A stretch of DNA of 64,000 nucleotides, from the NCBI GenBank assembly GCA_965228345.1, contig CBDDHH010000004.1:74983-138982 (forward strand), read 5' to 3'. The DNA comes from Alphaproteobacteria bacterium. GTDB lineage: Bacteria > Pseudomonadota > Alphaproteobacteria > UBA7985. The notes beneath the pieces were generated by a model, which saw nothing but the letters and a program-made list of their open reading frames with translations, was not told the origin of the DNA and made no database searches. The position numbers were made by a program, and so were the translations under genes. Positions 40,426 through 50,082 of this stretch are shown here, piece by piece (position 1 is the stretch's first letter; the number at the start of each line of letters is the position of its first letter).

Positions 40426-40964
40426 TGTTCGACTTACTTGTGTATTCTAAGGACGCGGGCCTGTTTGCCGCGGGTGGACCGTGGATTGTCGATTCCAACA
40501 CGGTGGTTATGATCGCGTTGATCGCCTTTCTATTGTTGGCCTATCGTTTCGGTTGGCCCTTGATTCGCGATATGCTTGATAGCCGTATTGATGAAATTCG
40601 ATCTGAGCTTGACGAGGCCAAGCGGCTGCGCACGCAGGCCGAAGACCTGTTGAAAGACTATAGGGCCAAGCACAACCACGCCTTGGCAGAAGCCAAGGCT
40701 ATTGTCGCGGCGGCTCAAAAGGACGCCCAAGCCTTGCAGGAAAAGGCCGCGGCGGACTTAGCGGTAGCGCTTCAACGTCGAGAAGACGCCGCCAAGGCGC
40801 GGATCAAGCAAGCGGAAGTCGCGGCTATCGCGCAAGCCCAAGCTACGGTCGCGGCCCAAGCCATAGCTTCCGCAGAAAAGATGTTAGCCGAAAAGCTGGA
40901 TGCAGACACCCACCTTAAACTGGTCGACGAAGCTATCGGCCTGGTTTCTGGGCGATTGCCTTGA
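40425..40964 (+). CDS. atpF: F0F1 ATP synthase subunit b
   Basis: Same architecture. Stop/start overlap with the b' gene. Confidence 0.7.
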   Translation: MFDLLVYSKDAGLFAAGGPWIVDSNTVVMIALIAFLLLAYRFGWPLIRDMLDSRIDEIRSELDEAKRLRTQAEDLLKDYRAKHNHALAEAKAIVAAAQKDAQALQEKAAADLAVALQRREDAAKARIKQAEVAAIAQAQATVAAQAIASAEKMLAEKLDADTHLKLVDEAIGLVSGRLP

Positions 40965-41042
40965 CGCGGCTGCCCTTGGTGCCCTTACCAAGAGCACCGC
41001 GAGAAATCCTCACAACGACTTTCGCCTTAGGCCGCCGGTGAT

Positions 41043-41090
41043 GGCTTATACCAGCGGCAATTATAAATGACTCTTATGACTGTTGGTATA
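41043..41090. repeat. Solo palindromic unit (TATACCAGCGGCAATTATAAATGACTCTTATGACTGTTGGTATA)
   Basis: Between convergent atpF and the dehydrogenase gene. Confidence 0.8.
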
Positions 41091-41118
41091 AGCGTCTCGT
41101 TTTTCGTGGCCGCCCATA

Positions 41119-42126
41119 TCACCCTTCCGCGCGTTCGGCCCGCTGCTTTAGTTGTGCCTCGAATTTATTGAGGGTCGTGCCCGCGCCCATATTGTGCTTA
41201 GCCAAAACGCGCTGCAGGGCGACGAGGCACTCGTCGCGCACCGCCTCCAGCTCGCGGATCGACTTGCCCTGCGCTTGGTCCTGGGTACCGCCCGCAAACC
41301 GGTCGATGATGTCCTCGGTAAGGGGCGGGGCTTGCAGGTGCGTCCAGGGCAAGTCCAGGGCGGGACCGAATTGCTTCAAAAAGTGGCGCGCGCCGCCTTC
41401 GCCGCCACCAAGCATGTAGATCTGGTTCATGCCCATGATTGCCCAACGCAGACCCGGGCCGTAGACAATCGACTCGTCCAACTCGCCCGTTGTGGCAATG
41501 TCGTCGTTCAGCGCGTGCAGAATTTCTCGCCACATAGCTTCCTGCAAGCGATCAGCAAGGTGGCCCGGCACCTCGCGCCTGACCAAGAGCGCGTGCATAC
41601 CGAGGGATTCATAGAAGGCCTTGGCCTGGTCCTTGGCGTGCGCGGCGGTTTCCGCGCCGCCGACGATCTCAACTAAGGGGCACAAATAGACGGGGTTGAA
41701 GGGGTGGCCGACCAAAATACGCTCGGGATGGGGCAGGCCCGCCTGCAACTCGGACGGCATGAAGCCCGACGTGGAGGAGGCGATCAAAACCGAGGCAGGA
41801 GTGCGTTGGCACACCTCCCCAAGCGCTCGGCGCTTTAAGTCGAGAACCTCAGGCACGTTTTCCTGAACGAAGTCGGCCTTGGCGGCCAGATCATCCAAGT
41901 CCGTCGTGAAGCAGAGCTGGCCCTTCGGCGGAACGGCCATACCTGAGGTAAGTTGCTCCAAGCCCTGGGTTGCGACCTCCAGGGTGCGATGCAAGACCGC
42001 TTCCATCTTGGCGTCGATATCGTAGGCAACAACGTCGTACCCACCGTGCAAGGCGCGCGCGGCCCAACCGCCGCCGATCACGCCTGTTCCCAATAAACCT
42101 AGGGTGCGAATGTCATCCATATACAT
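41119..42126 (-). CDS. lcdH: L-carnitine dehydrogenase-like 3-hydroxyacyl-CoA dehydrogenase family protein
   Basis: GLLGTGVIGGGWAAR Rossmann motif. SSTSG..PSE, HPFNPVYLCPLVEIVGG and GPALDLPWTHLQAPPLT match carnitine dehydrogenase signatures. Confidence 0.7.
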   Translation of the reverse strand: MYMDDIRTLGLLGTGVIGGGWAARALHGGYDVVAYDIDAKMEAVLHRTLEVATQGLEQLTSGMAVPPKGQLCFTTDLDDLAAKADFVQENVPEVLDLKRRALGEVCQRTPASVLIASSTSGFMPSELQAGLPHPERILVGHPFNPVYLCPLVEIVGGAETAAHAKDQAKAFYESLGMHALLVRREVPGHLADRLQEAMWREILHALNDDIATTGELDESIVYGPGLRWAIMGMNQIYMLGGGEGGARHFLKQFGPALDLPWTHLQAPPLTEDIIDRFAGGTQDQAQGKSIRELEAVRDECLVALQRVLAKHNMGAGTTLNKFEAQLKQRAERAEG

Positions 42127-42154
42127 GTCCCAACTTGGTGCGCTTGCGCCGAGG

Positions 42155-42340
42155 CTAACCCGAAGTGAGGTGCACGGCAACATCATTTAGAGTGATGGCG
42201 CAGTCACAAAGAGACGACCGCCAGTCGTCCTTGGCGGTTTGGTCCGCTGCGTTGCTCAAGTACTTGACCGCCGCGAAGGGCACCTCGAAGACACGGCAAA
42301 CCTTGGCGAGGGCAAAGGCCTCCATCTCCACGACGCAAGG
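42155..42340 (-). pseudogene. mtnN: C-terminal remnant (~57 codons) of MTA/SAH nucleosidase (mtnN/pfs) truncated by a repeat copy
   Basis: VVEMEAFALAKVCRVFEVPFAAVKYLSNAADQTAKDDWRSSLCDCAITLNDVAVHLTSG aligns with the MtnN C-terminus (AVEMEA.A.A.VC..F.VPF..V..IS..ADQ....L..HG). Upstream codons are repeat-derived. Confidence 0.6.
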
Positions 42341-42347
42341 ACTAGGT

Positions 42348-42586
42348 GATACCAGCGGCAATGATAAATGACTCTTATGATCGCTGGTATAAGGGCCGCG
42401 ACTGCGGCCCCCGTAGCGGGCTCCAAGCCTAAAGGGCGCAGGGAACGCCCGCGCCAAAAACAAGCGGCCCCGAGAACAGCTAAGAAAGCGCCTCGGGGTA
42501 TCAGCGAAGGGGAGGCGAAACGCGGAGCGTTTCTTCCGTGAGACAAAACTCCGCTGAAAATGTCAATTTTTAACGGAGTTGGTGTA
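42348..42586 (-). repeat. Modular hairpin repeat copy (reverse orientation)
   Basis: gataccagcggcaatgataaatgactcttatgatcgctggtat ... gggcgcagggaacgcccgcgcc ... ggcgaaacgcggagcgtttcttccgtgagaca ... aaaatgtcaatttttaacggagttggtgta. Confidence 0.85.
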
Positions 42587-42961
42587 AAGCAAGCCGCGCT
42601 CTTCTAAGACCTTGCGCGCATGGCGAAAGCACTCCAGCGCCTGGGGGACGCCGCAATAAATCCCGATCACATGGCACGAGGCGCGAATTTCCTCCTTGGT
42701 CACGCCGTTGTTGACCGCGCCGCGCAGATGGATTTCGAATTCATGCATCTTGCCCAAAGCCCCGATCATGGAAAGGTTCATAAGGCTCCGTGTTTTAGCG
42801 TCGAGCGTATCGTCGCCCCAACCAAAACCCCAGCACCAGGCGGTCATGGCTTCCTGAAACGGACGGGTGAAGTCATCGGCGGAGGCGAGGTTGGCCTCGA
42901 CATAGTCGGCGCCCAGCGTGGCTTTGCGTCGTTCGAGGCCGAGATCAAATTTGTTGTCCAT
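42563..42961 (-). CDS. Carboxymuconolactone decarboxylase (AhpD-like) family protein
   Basis: ..CHVIGIYCGVPQALECF.. AhpD-like CxxxH-type helical motif. Start set at MDNKFDLGLERRK. The 3' end is overlapped by the repeat copy. Confidence 0.65.
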   Translation of the reverse strand: MDNKFDLGLERRKATLGADYVEANLASADDFTRPFQEAMTAWCWGFGWGDDTLDAKTRSLMNLSMIGALGKMHEFEIHLRGAVNNGVTKEEIRASCHVIGIYCGVPQALECFRHARKVLEERGLLYTNSVKN

Positions 42962-43083
42962 GACGTGTCTCCATAAATCGGGTGCGAGAGGGATCGGCAC
43001 GCCGCTAAAGAGCCAGCAATCAAAGCGCAATGCGGAATCGAAGCGGGATTGATCACCGGGAAATCTCGACGCGCCAGCAGGGG

Positions 43084-43370
43084 TTATACCAGCGGCAATG
43101 ATAAATGACTCTTATGATCGCGGGTATAAGGGCCGCGACCGCGGCCCCCGTAGCGGGCTCCAAGTCCAAAGGGCGCAGGGAACGCCCGCGCCAAAAACAA
43201 ACGACCCCGAGATCGGCGGACACGCGCCTCGGGGTATAAGCGAAGGCGCGGTCGGGCTGAGCGAGCGTAGCGAGCGAGGTGAGACCGCATCAAACAGGCG
43301 AAACGCGAAGCGTTTTCGCCGCGAGACAAAACTCTGCTGAAAATGTCAATTTTTAGCGGAGTTGGTATAA
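43084..43370 (-). repeat. Modular hairpin repeat copy (reverse orientation, with GCGGTCTCACC module)
   Basis: About 90% identical to 42348-42586 plus the extra module. Ends 10 bp before the paiB-like ATG. Confidence 0.85.
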
Positions 43371-43379
43371 GGCGGGTCC

Positions 43380-44009
43380 ATGCATCCCAATTCGGTCTAT
43401 CGTCAGTTAAGCGAAACCGACACCCTAGCGTTGGCGGGTCAGCGGGGGTTTGGTGTGGTTACGGCCCAGTTGGACATTCTGTTTGGTGCCCATGTTCCCT
43501 TTATTTTGGACGGCGGGGATCGGCTGCTGCTGCATTTACATCGAGGCAATGCCTTGGCCAAGGCGGCGCGGGCAGAACCGCTTGAGGTTATGGTAATTGT
43601 CTCGCTAGGCGACGCTTATGTGTCGCCCGAGTGGTACGGTCTTGGCCCCGACCAAGTGCCGACATGGCTTTACGGGGCGGTGCACTTGCACGGCCTGATG
43701 CAGGCCTTGCCCGATGAGGAGTTGGAGCCTTTGCTGGAGCAGATGACCGAGGAATTCGAGGGGCGGCTGGCGCCAAAAAACCCGTGGACGCTCGATAAGA
43801 TGGGCGAGGCGCCCAAGGCCGCCCTCATGCGCGCCATTCAGCCGTTTGAAATTGTGCTAGACGGAGTTGAGGCCACGGACAAGTTTGCCCAAAACAAACC
43901 CCCGGCAGCCCTCGACGCCTTGGCCGAGCAATTGCCGCAAACTTTTGGGGCTAGGGTCGATCAGGTCACCGAGCGGGTCCAGCGCGCGGCCCGCGACAAG
44001 AGGCGATGA
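43380..44009 (+). CDS. PaiB-family FMN-binding protein / putative transcriptional regulator
   Basis: 209 aa. N-terminal MHPNSVYRQLSE.. and split-barrel pattern resemble PaiB. Confidence 0.6.
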   Translation: MHPNSVYRQLSETDTLALAGQRGFGVVTAQLDILFGAHVPFILDGGDRLLLHLHRGNALAKAARAEPLEVMVIVSLGDAYVSPEWYGLGPDQVPTWLYGAVHLHGLMQALPDEELEPLLEQMTEEFEGRLAPKNPWTLDKMGEAPKAALMRAIQPFEIVLDGVEATDKFAQNKPPAALDALAEQLPQTFGARVDQVTERVQRAARDKRR

Positions 44010-45268
44010 GTCGCAAGGCCCGCAAAGGCGGCGGGCGTGAAATCCGCGTCCACATCGCGGCAATGGGCGCGCGCGGCGATGGCCTGGCAGCGCTTGACGA
44101 CGGCACGCCGCTGTTCATCGCCCATGCCCTGCCAGGGGAAGAAGTGCGGGTCCGCACCCTGGGCAAAACCGACGCAGGCGTGCGCGGCGACGTGATCGAG
44201 CTGCTGCACGCCAGCCCCGAGCGGCGCGCGGGGACGTGCCCCAACGGCGCACGCTGCGGCGGGTGCCTGTTTCAATACTGGGATCCCGCAGCGCAGACGG
44301 CCTGGAAAGCGGCGCAGGTTTGCGACGCCGTGCGTCGTGCAGGCGATGATCCCGCCCTGGTCGCGCCGCTGGTCGCCCCCGAGCCTTCCGGCCGCCGCCG
44401 CGCGCGCTTTGCCGCGCACCAAGGGCGGCTGGGATTTCGCGAACGCCGCAGCCATGCGGTGATCGCCGAAGGGCCGTGCCAAACCTTGGGGACCGAGTTA
44501 CGCGCCTTCTGGTTCGCCGTGCAGGGCTGCGCTTTGCTCGACGTCGCCGCCGAGTGGACCGTGACGATCACGCCCGCGGGCGCGGACGTGGACATTCGCG
44601 CCAAGGCCCCTGCCCCGCATCCGACGACGCTGCATAAGGCTATGCCTTTGCTTGCCCCACTCGCGCGCATCGCTTGGAACGGGGAGGTCTTAGTAATCGT
44701 CGATCCGCCGCGCCTTGACCTGGGCGGTTTGGCGCCCGTCCTGCCCCCTGGGGGGTTCCTGCAACCCTCCCTCGGCGGGCTGCGTGCGCTGCAAGACCTG
44801 GTGCTAGCGGCGGTGCCTTCCAAAGCCTCGCGGGTTGCGGATCTTTATTGCGGATTGGGCACATTCGCCGTGCCGCTCGCCGCACGCGGGCATGCGGTCC
44901 AGGCCTTCGAATCTTACGAACCCGCCGTTGCGGCCCTGGATGGTGCCGTTCGCCGCGACGCGAGCAACCGCACCCGCTTGTGCGCCCAAACGCGCAACCT
45001 CGACCTCCTGCCCCTGCAGGAGCGCAAGTTAAGCGCCTTCGATGCCGTGGTTTTGGACCCGCCGCGGGCTGGCGCACGTGCGCAGACTCGCTGCCTCAGC
45101 GAGTCATCCGTGCCCTTGATCGTTGCGGTGTCATGCAACCCGACGACCTGGGCGCGCGACGCAAGCGTGCTGCGCGCGGGCGGCTATGCCCTGCGCGCCG
45201 TCACGCCCGTCGATCAGTTCCCGCAGACGCCCCATGTTGAGCTGGTGTCCGTGTTTGAACGGATCTAG
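44006..45268 (+). CDS. Class I SAM-dependent RNA (uracil-5-)methyltransferase, RumA/RlmD-like with TRAM domain
   Basis: N-terminal TRAM-like beta-barrel, Cys cluster ([10 protein letters not shown]), SAM-binding DLYCGLGTF, catalytic ..VSCNP.. near C-terminus. Confidence 0.75.
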   Translation: MSRKARKGGGREIRVHIAAMGARGDGLAALDDGTPLFIAHALPGEEVRVRTLGKTDAGVRGDVIELLHASPERRAGTCPNGARCGGCLFQYWDPAAQTAWKAAQVCDAVRRAGDDPALVAPLVAPEPSGRRRARFAAHQGRLGFRERRSHAVIAEGPCQTLGTELRAFWFAVQGCALLDVAAEWTVTITPAGADVDIRAKAPAPHPTTLHKAMPLLAPLARIAWNGEVLVIVDPPRLDLGGLAPVLPPGGFLQPSLGGLRALQDLVLAAVPSKASRVADLYCGLGTFAVPLAARGHAVQAFESYEPAVAALDGAVRRDASNRTRLCAQTRNLDLLPLQERKLSAFDAVVLDPPRAGARAQTRCLSESSVPLIVAVSCNPTTWARDASVLRAGGYALRAVTPVDQFPQTPHVELVSVFERI

Positions 45269-46371
45269 ACCCTATCCCAAGGGCGCAAGGTGGGCAGCGG
45301 GGTGCCGTCGGCTTTGGCGAGCAGAAGATGGTCGGCCAAAACGCACGCCGTCATGGCGACAGCGACGGGAACCGCGCGGATGCCGACGCAAGGGTCGTGG
45401 CGGCCCTTGGTGATGAGGCTGACCTCGCGGCCAAAGCGGTCGAGCGATCGGCGCGAGGTTAGGATCGACGAAGTCGGCTTGACCGCGAACCGGGCTAGCA
45501 AGTCCTGGCCCGAGGACAGGCCCCCCAAGACCCCGCCCGCGTGGTTGGCCGAAAAGACGGGTTCGCCGTTGGGACCTAGGGTCATTTCATCGGCGTTTTC
45601 GGTGCCCGTAAGCGCGGCAGCGGCCATACCCTCGCCAATTTCGACGCCCTTGACGGCGTTGATCGACATGAAAGCCGCCGCTAGGTCCTGATCGAGTTTG
45701 CCGTAGAGCGGTTGACCGAGCCCTGCTGGCAGGCCCGACACGCAGACCTCAATCGCTGCGCCGTATGAATTGCCCGCCTTGCGCGCCTTGTGCAACTCGC
45801 CAGCAAAAACTTTCGCCGCCGCCGCGTCGGGGCAAAACACAGGGTTTTGCCTGACTTGCGACCAATCCCGCGCCTCTGCACGAAACGGTCCCATTTGTAC
45901 CAGGCCCGCTTGCACGGTGAGATCGGGTAACTCGGCCGCCAAGATCACCTGCGCAACGGCGCCCGCCGCCACCCGCACGGCGGTTTCCCGCGCCGAAGAC
46001 CGGCCGCCGCCGCGATAATCGCGCACGCCGTACTTGGCCCAGTAGGTGAAGTCCGCATGGCCTGGGCGGAATTGGTCCTTGATGTCGCCGTAGTCTTTTG
46101 ATCGTTGATCTGTGTTGTGGATCAGCAAGGCAATCGGCGTGCCCGTCGTTTGCCCTGCGAACGTGCCCGAGAGGATTTGGACCTGATCAGCCTCCTGACG
46201 CTGGGTCGTCAAGGCCGATTGCCCGGGCCGGCGCTGGTCGAGCGCGGGCTGGATCTGCGCCTCGCTAAGGGTCAGGCCCGCCGGCACGCCATCGACCACG
46301 CAGCCAATAGCCGTGCCATGACTTTCCCCAAACGAGGTGAACTTAAACAGATGCCCGATAGTATTGATCAC
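45265..46371 (-). CDS. aroC: Chorismate synthase
   Basis: [19 protein letters not shown].. canonical AroC N-terminus. 368 aa. Confidence 0.95.
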   Translation of the reverse strand: MINTIGHLFKFTSFGESHGTAIGCVVDGVPAGLTLSEAQIQPALDQRRPGQSALTTQRQEADQVQILSGTFAGQTTGTPIALLIHNTDQRSKDYGDIKDQFRPGHADFTYWAKYGVRDYRGGGRSSARETAVRVAAGAVAQVILAAELPDLTVQAGLVQMGPFRAEARDWSQVRQNPVFCPDAAAAKVFAGELHKARKAGNSYGAAIEVCVSGLPAGLGQPLYGKLDQDLAAAFMSINAVKGVEIGEGMAAAALTGTENADEMTLGPNGEPVFSANHAGGVLGGLSSGQDLLARFAVKPTSSILTSRRSLDRFGREVSLITKGRHDPCVGIRAVPVAVAMTACVLADHLLLAKADGTPLPTLRPWDRV

Positions 46372-46429
46372 GGTGTGTCATCCGCGCGAAGCAAGGAACG
46401 CCCTTGGGCCACAGGCGCAGGGGCCCTAA

Positions 46430-46525
46430 AACCATTTGCATTTGTATTGATGTGGCTGAATGGCTTTAACTCTTTTTTTGCGCGGATGTTCTTTGGCGTC
46501 GATTGTTCCAATCGACTTGGAATCC
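46430..46525. repeat. Accessory repeat module E2 (copy 2), between aroC start and fabI stop
   Basis: catttgcatttgtattgatgtggctgaatggctttaactctttttttgcgcggatgt..gcgtcgattgttccaatcgac aligns to 17855-17935. The tail cttggaatccgctatggcg recurs at 29036-29054. Confidence 0.6.
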
Positions 46526-46555
46526 GCTATGGCGTCCCAAGGTGACGGCCCGGCC

Positions 46556-47368
46556 CTATTTGGCCTGGCCAGCATAGAGCGCGCCCAAGCCTTCGGCTTC
46601 GTCGAATCCGGGCATGCCAACGACGTTATAGCCGCTATCTACATGGTGTGTTTCGCCGGTGACGCCCGAGGACATGTCCGACAGCAAATAAACGCCCGTC
46701 TGCCCCACCTCATCTATTGTGATGTTGCGCCGCAGCGGTGCCACCAGTTCGTTGAACTTAAGCATGGTTTTGAAGTCGCCAATCCCGGAGGCCGCCAAGG
46801 TGCGGATCGGCCCCGCCGATAAGGCATTGACCCGAATCCCCTTGGGACCCAGATCGTTGGCGAGATACATGACCGACGCCTCCAGCGCGGCCTTAGCAAC
46901 GCCCATGACGTTGTAGTTCGGCACGACGCGCTCGGACCCCTGGTAGGTGAGCGTCACCATGGCGCCGCCCTGGGGCATGATCGCCGCCGCGCGCTTGGCA
47001 ACCGCCGTAAACGAGAAACAGGAAATATCCATGGTGTTCAAGAAGTTAGTGCGCGAGGTGTCGACGTAGGCTCCGCGCAGCTCGGCCTTATCGCTAAACC
47101 CAATAGCATGGACCAGGAAGTCGAGACTGCCCCAGGTTTCGGCGATGGCGGCGAAGGTCGCATCCATCGCAGCCTCATCGGTCACGTCGCACTCAAAAAA
47201 CTGGCCGATGCCCAGGTCCGCCGCCATGGGCTGTACGCGCTTGAGCAGCGCTTCGCCCTGGTAAGACAGGGCCACGTCGGCACCTTGGTCGATCAAGGCC
47301 TTGGTCATGCCGTAGGCGATCGACTTATCGTTGGCCAAGCCCATGACGAGGCCGCGTTTTCCCTGCAT
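46556..47368 (-). CDS. fabI: Enoyl-[acyl-carrier-protein] reductase (NADH) FabI
   Basis: MQGKRGLVMGLANDKSIAYG.. and ..Y(x6)K catalytic region of the SDR FabI family. Confidence 0.9.
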   Translation of the reverse strand: MQGKRGLVMGLANDKSIAYGMTKALIDQGADVALSYQGEALLKRVQPMAADLGIGQFFECDVTDEAAMDATFAAIAETWGSLDFLVHAIGFSDKAELRGAYVDTSRTNFLNTMDISCFSFTAVAKRAAAIMPQGGAMVTLTYQGSERVVPNYNVMGVAKAALEASVMYLANDLGPKGIRVNALSAGPIRTLAASGIGDFKTMLKFNELVAPLRRNITIDEVGQTGVYLLSDMSSGVTGETHHVDSGYNVVGMPGFDEAEGLGALYAGQAK

Positions 47369-47509
47369 CAAATCGCCCATTGGCACCTCCTGATTTATTT
47401 ACAACTTTGCCGCGCTCGGGCATTAAGACCGCTGGCAGAAGGATCAAGTCCTTCCCCTTAAGCCCTAAGGGGACACCTTGCCATCATTTTCCGCGCGCGA
47501 AGGACACCT

Positions 47510-48874
47510 ATGACGTTGCCAACTACCCAGATCATGAGGGATCCGAAGGCATCTTTTTCTTGGACGCGGATCGGGGCGCAACCCCTGTTGGCCGCTTGCG
47601 CCCTGACTCTCGTCAGCGCGGGGCTCGGCCTGCCCCTGTTGGCATTCATGGATAAGGCCTTCGACGCATCCGAAGCCTTGCAAAGCTACGCTTTGGGCCA
47701 GGCCTACCTAGGCTTGGCGGCGCAGTTTCAAGCGCCGACGGGCCCCCTAATCACACCAACTGGCGGGCCAAGCTTTGCGGGGCTTGGGATCGCCCTGATG
47801 GCCTTGGGGTTGATCGCGGGGGCCATGGTCCACCAGTTGCGAGCCCAGGCAGACGCACACCTGCCCCTTCGGGACCCGGTCCAATGGCCGCGCCTCGCAC
47901 GGGCCTTCGGGGTGACGTTGGCTCTGGTCATGGCCCTGGGTTGGGCCTGGGCTGGCGAGTCAAGCCCCCATGATGCTGCCGCCTTGGGGCTGGCAATGAG
48001 CGTTTTTGTATCAGTGTGGATTGCGACGGCGCTTTGGTATCAGGCGGTTGTCGGGGCGCTCGTTCCGTGGCGGGCCCTGACCCGCGCCGCGCTTCCCGTC
48101 GCATTCTTCGTGACGCTGGTCACCTGGCTGATCGGGGCGGCCGTCGCCGCAGGGGCGCAGAACGTCGCGGACCTAAAGGCATGGGCCCTGGGCGCGGCTG
48201 TGCTGGGGCATCTATTGCTGGTTTGGCTGATCGTGTTTTTGGGCGTCCATGCTCTAACTGTCGAGGTTCTGCAGTGGTCAGGATCGCGGGACCTGGGCGC
48301 GCTTACGCGTGGCCAGCAAGTCGATTTTGGCCTTGCGATCCTCAAGGCTCTTGCCCACCCCGATCCGGGCCATGCGTGGATTTCTAGTCGGGCTATCGCC
48401 GCGCAGCTCGGCGCCAAACCTGTGATCACCGCGCAGACCCTGGGTCGCCTGCACCTGGCGGGCCTGGTGCGGCGAGGCCCCGCCTCGGCGGACCAGTGGC
48501 GCCTAGCCACCCCAGCGCTTGATCGGCTAAACTTGGGCGATCTGATGGACACCTTCGACGCGGCCTTCGACCCCGAAGACGGCGCCTACGCAAACGGCCC
48601 GCAACCGGCTCTAACCTACCTGGCCGATCAGGAACGGCGCCTGTTTCAAACCAACCTCGCCCTGCTGACACGCGGGAATTGGGCGCCTGAGCTGGCGTCG
48701 GGCGGCATGACCCCCGCCCTGATCCCCGAGGGTTCCTACGTGCGGCTGGCGCAACTAGTTGCCCGCGACGGCGACCGCCCCCCCCCCCAGGCCCCGAGCC
48801 AAGTTTCGGACGACTTTCCAGCCTTTGCGCCGCCGCCGCTGCGCAAGATTGCACCTGAGGGTAACCTTAAGTGA
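47510..48874 (+). CDS. Polytopic membrane protein with C-terminal Rrf2-like winged-helix domain and Pro-rich tail
   Basis: About 7 hydrophobic helices in residues 1-260. Residues ~270-350 (FGLAILKALAHPD..ISSRAIAAQLGAKPVITAQTLGRLHLAGLVRRGP..WRLATPALDRLNLGDLMDTFD) match the Rrf2/IscR HTH pattern. Confidence 0.5.
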   Translation: MTLPTTQIMRDPKASFSWTRIGAQPLLAACALTLVSAGLGLPLLAFMDKAFDASEALQSYALGQAYLGLAAQFQAPTGPLITPTGGPSFAGLGIALMALGLIAGAMVHQLRAQADAHLPLRDPVQWPRLARAFGVTLALVMALGWAWAGESSPHDAAALGLAMSVFVSVWIATALWYQAVVGALVPWRALTRAALPVAFFVTLVTWLIGAAVAAGAQNVADLKAWALGAAVLGHLLLVWLIVFLGVHALTVEVLQWSGSRDLGALTRGQQVDFGLAILKALAHPDPGHAWISSRAIAAQLGAKPVITAQTLGRLHLAGLVRRGPASADQWRLATPALDRLNLGDLMDTFDAAFDPEDGAYANGPQPALTYLADQERRLFQTNLALLTRGNWAPELASGGMTPALIPEGSYVRLAQLVARDGDRPPPQAPSQVSDDFPAFAPPPLRKIAPEGNLK

Positions 48875-49150
48875 TACCAGCGGAAACAAGACTGACCTGC
48901 TGATCCACTTCTCATACCAGTTCACCTTAAAACAGACTCTTTATGAACTGGTATAGGGCCGCGACTGCGGCCCCCGCAGCGGGCTCCAAGCCCAAAGGGC
49001 GCAGAGAACGCCCGCGCCAAAAACAAACGGCCCCGAGACAAGCTAAGAAAGCGCCTCGGGGTATAAGCGAAGGGGAGGCGAAACGCGAAGCGTTTCTGCC
49101 GTGAGACAAAACTCCGATAAAAATGTCAATTTTTATCGGAATTGGGTTCA
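48873..49150 (-). repeat. Modular hairpin repeat copy (reverse orientation), begins inside the stop codon of the upstream gene
   Basis: gTGAtaccagcgg ... cataccagttcaccttaaaacagactctttatgaactggtat ... ggcgaaacgcgaagcgtttctgccgtgagaca ... aaaatgtcaatttttatcgg. Confidence 0.85.
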
Positions 49151-49351
49151 GGAGGTCATTCAACCTATTCAAAACAAACGCAAATAGCTTCAAGCATGCT
49201 CCTTGGGATACGGCTCAAAAAGCGATGCGACCCAGCCACTAAATTCTTGCAAATTTGCCGAACTTTTGACACGGGTCAGGAGCGTGTTGCTGAGGGCCGT
49301 CAAGTTCTTTGTCTGCCGTCGACGCGGCGCTCAATTTTCTTTGAAGGTTCT

Positions 49352-49879
49352 ATGATGCTTCGTCTGATCGCTTTTCTTTTTGTCACATGCTCCCCCCTAA
49401 CAGCTGCAGCCCAAACTGCGCAAGAACTTGGCAGCAATGGAGATTGGAAAGCTTATAGCTATACGGACCCCACGAGCGGTGGCTTGGTTTGTTTTGTATC
49501 TAGTCCACCGAAACAAATGGAAGGCGATTATCAGCGTCGCGGACCTGCTTGGTTACAAATCACCCACCGTCAAGGCGAGGAAAACGCCGCCAATCGGGTC
49601 AATGTAGTGACGTTTGCGGCGGGGTTCACGTTCTGGGATCAGCATCAACCTGTGATTCGCATCGGTGATCAACAATTTCGAATGCATACCGAAAACGAGA
49701 CCGCTTGGTCTTTTCCAGCTGATGATTCCGCACTGACCCGCGCTATGCGCGATGGGGCCAGTTTGTTCATCGAGTCTAAGTCCTGGCGCGGTACCGAAAT
49801 TCGCGATACTTTTTCTCTTCGCGGGATCACCGCCATGCACAATCGCATATCTGAGGAATGCGGATTTGACCCACTTTAA
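49352..49879 (+). CDS. IalB-like (invasion-associated locus B family) secreted protein
   Basis: Signal peptide MMLRLIAFLFVTCSPLTAAA, then GDW..C pattern (GSNGDWKAYSY..GLVCFVSS). Low-GC gene. Confidence 0.5.
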   Translation: MMLRLIAFLFVTCSPLTAAAQTAQELGSNGDWKAYSYTDPTSGGLVCFVSSPPKQMEGDYQRRGPAWLQITHRQGEENAANRVNVVTFAAGFTFWDQHQPVIRIGDQQFRMHTENETAWSFPADDSALTRAMRDGASLFIESKSWRGTEIRDTFSLRGITAMHNRISEECGFDPL

Positions 49880-50082
49880 AACTCTTTGATGTCTCTTATC
49901 CAGAGGCCGGGCCTGGCAGTCGAGGTGGGGTCGCAATCAAAAATGCCAAGACACGAACTGCGATAGATATGTGTCGCGTTGAGCCTGTGTTGACCCCAAA
50001 CCCAGACCCTCAAGCACGAGGTGTTTTCGTCAGGGGACACAAAGCCACTCCAAAGATCACAATTTTTGGAGTCGGTGGTGCG

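Noticed and set aside
43340-43372. TTGACA in unit loops plus TATAAG/TATTAA in clamps as sigma70-like promoters
   Set aside because: The hexamers exist (e.g. TTGACA-N16-TATTAA at 27454-27490 and on the minus strand of 23402-23448). Orientation is inconsistent relative to genes, however, and the -35 often points into the element. This could be a protein-binding loop rather than a promoter. Kept only as a speculative note.
47454-47472. Perfect 7-bp-stem hairpin cccctta-agccc-taagggg in the fabI/47510 divergent region, considered as attenuator or riboswitch
   Set aside because: An isolated short hairpin with no conserved riboswitch motifs. Probably incidental or a weak terminator.
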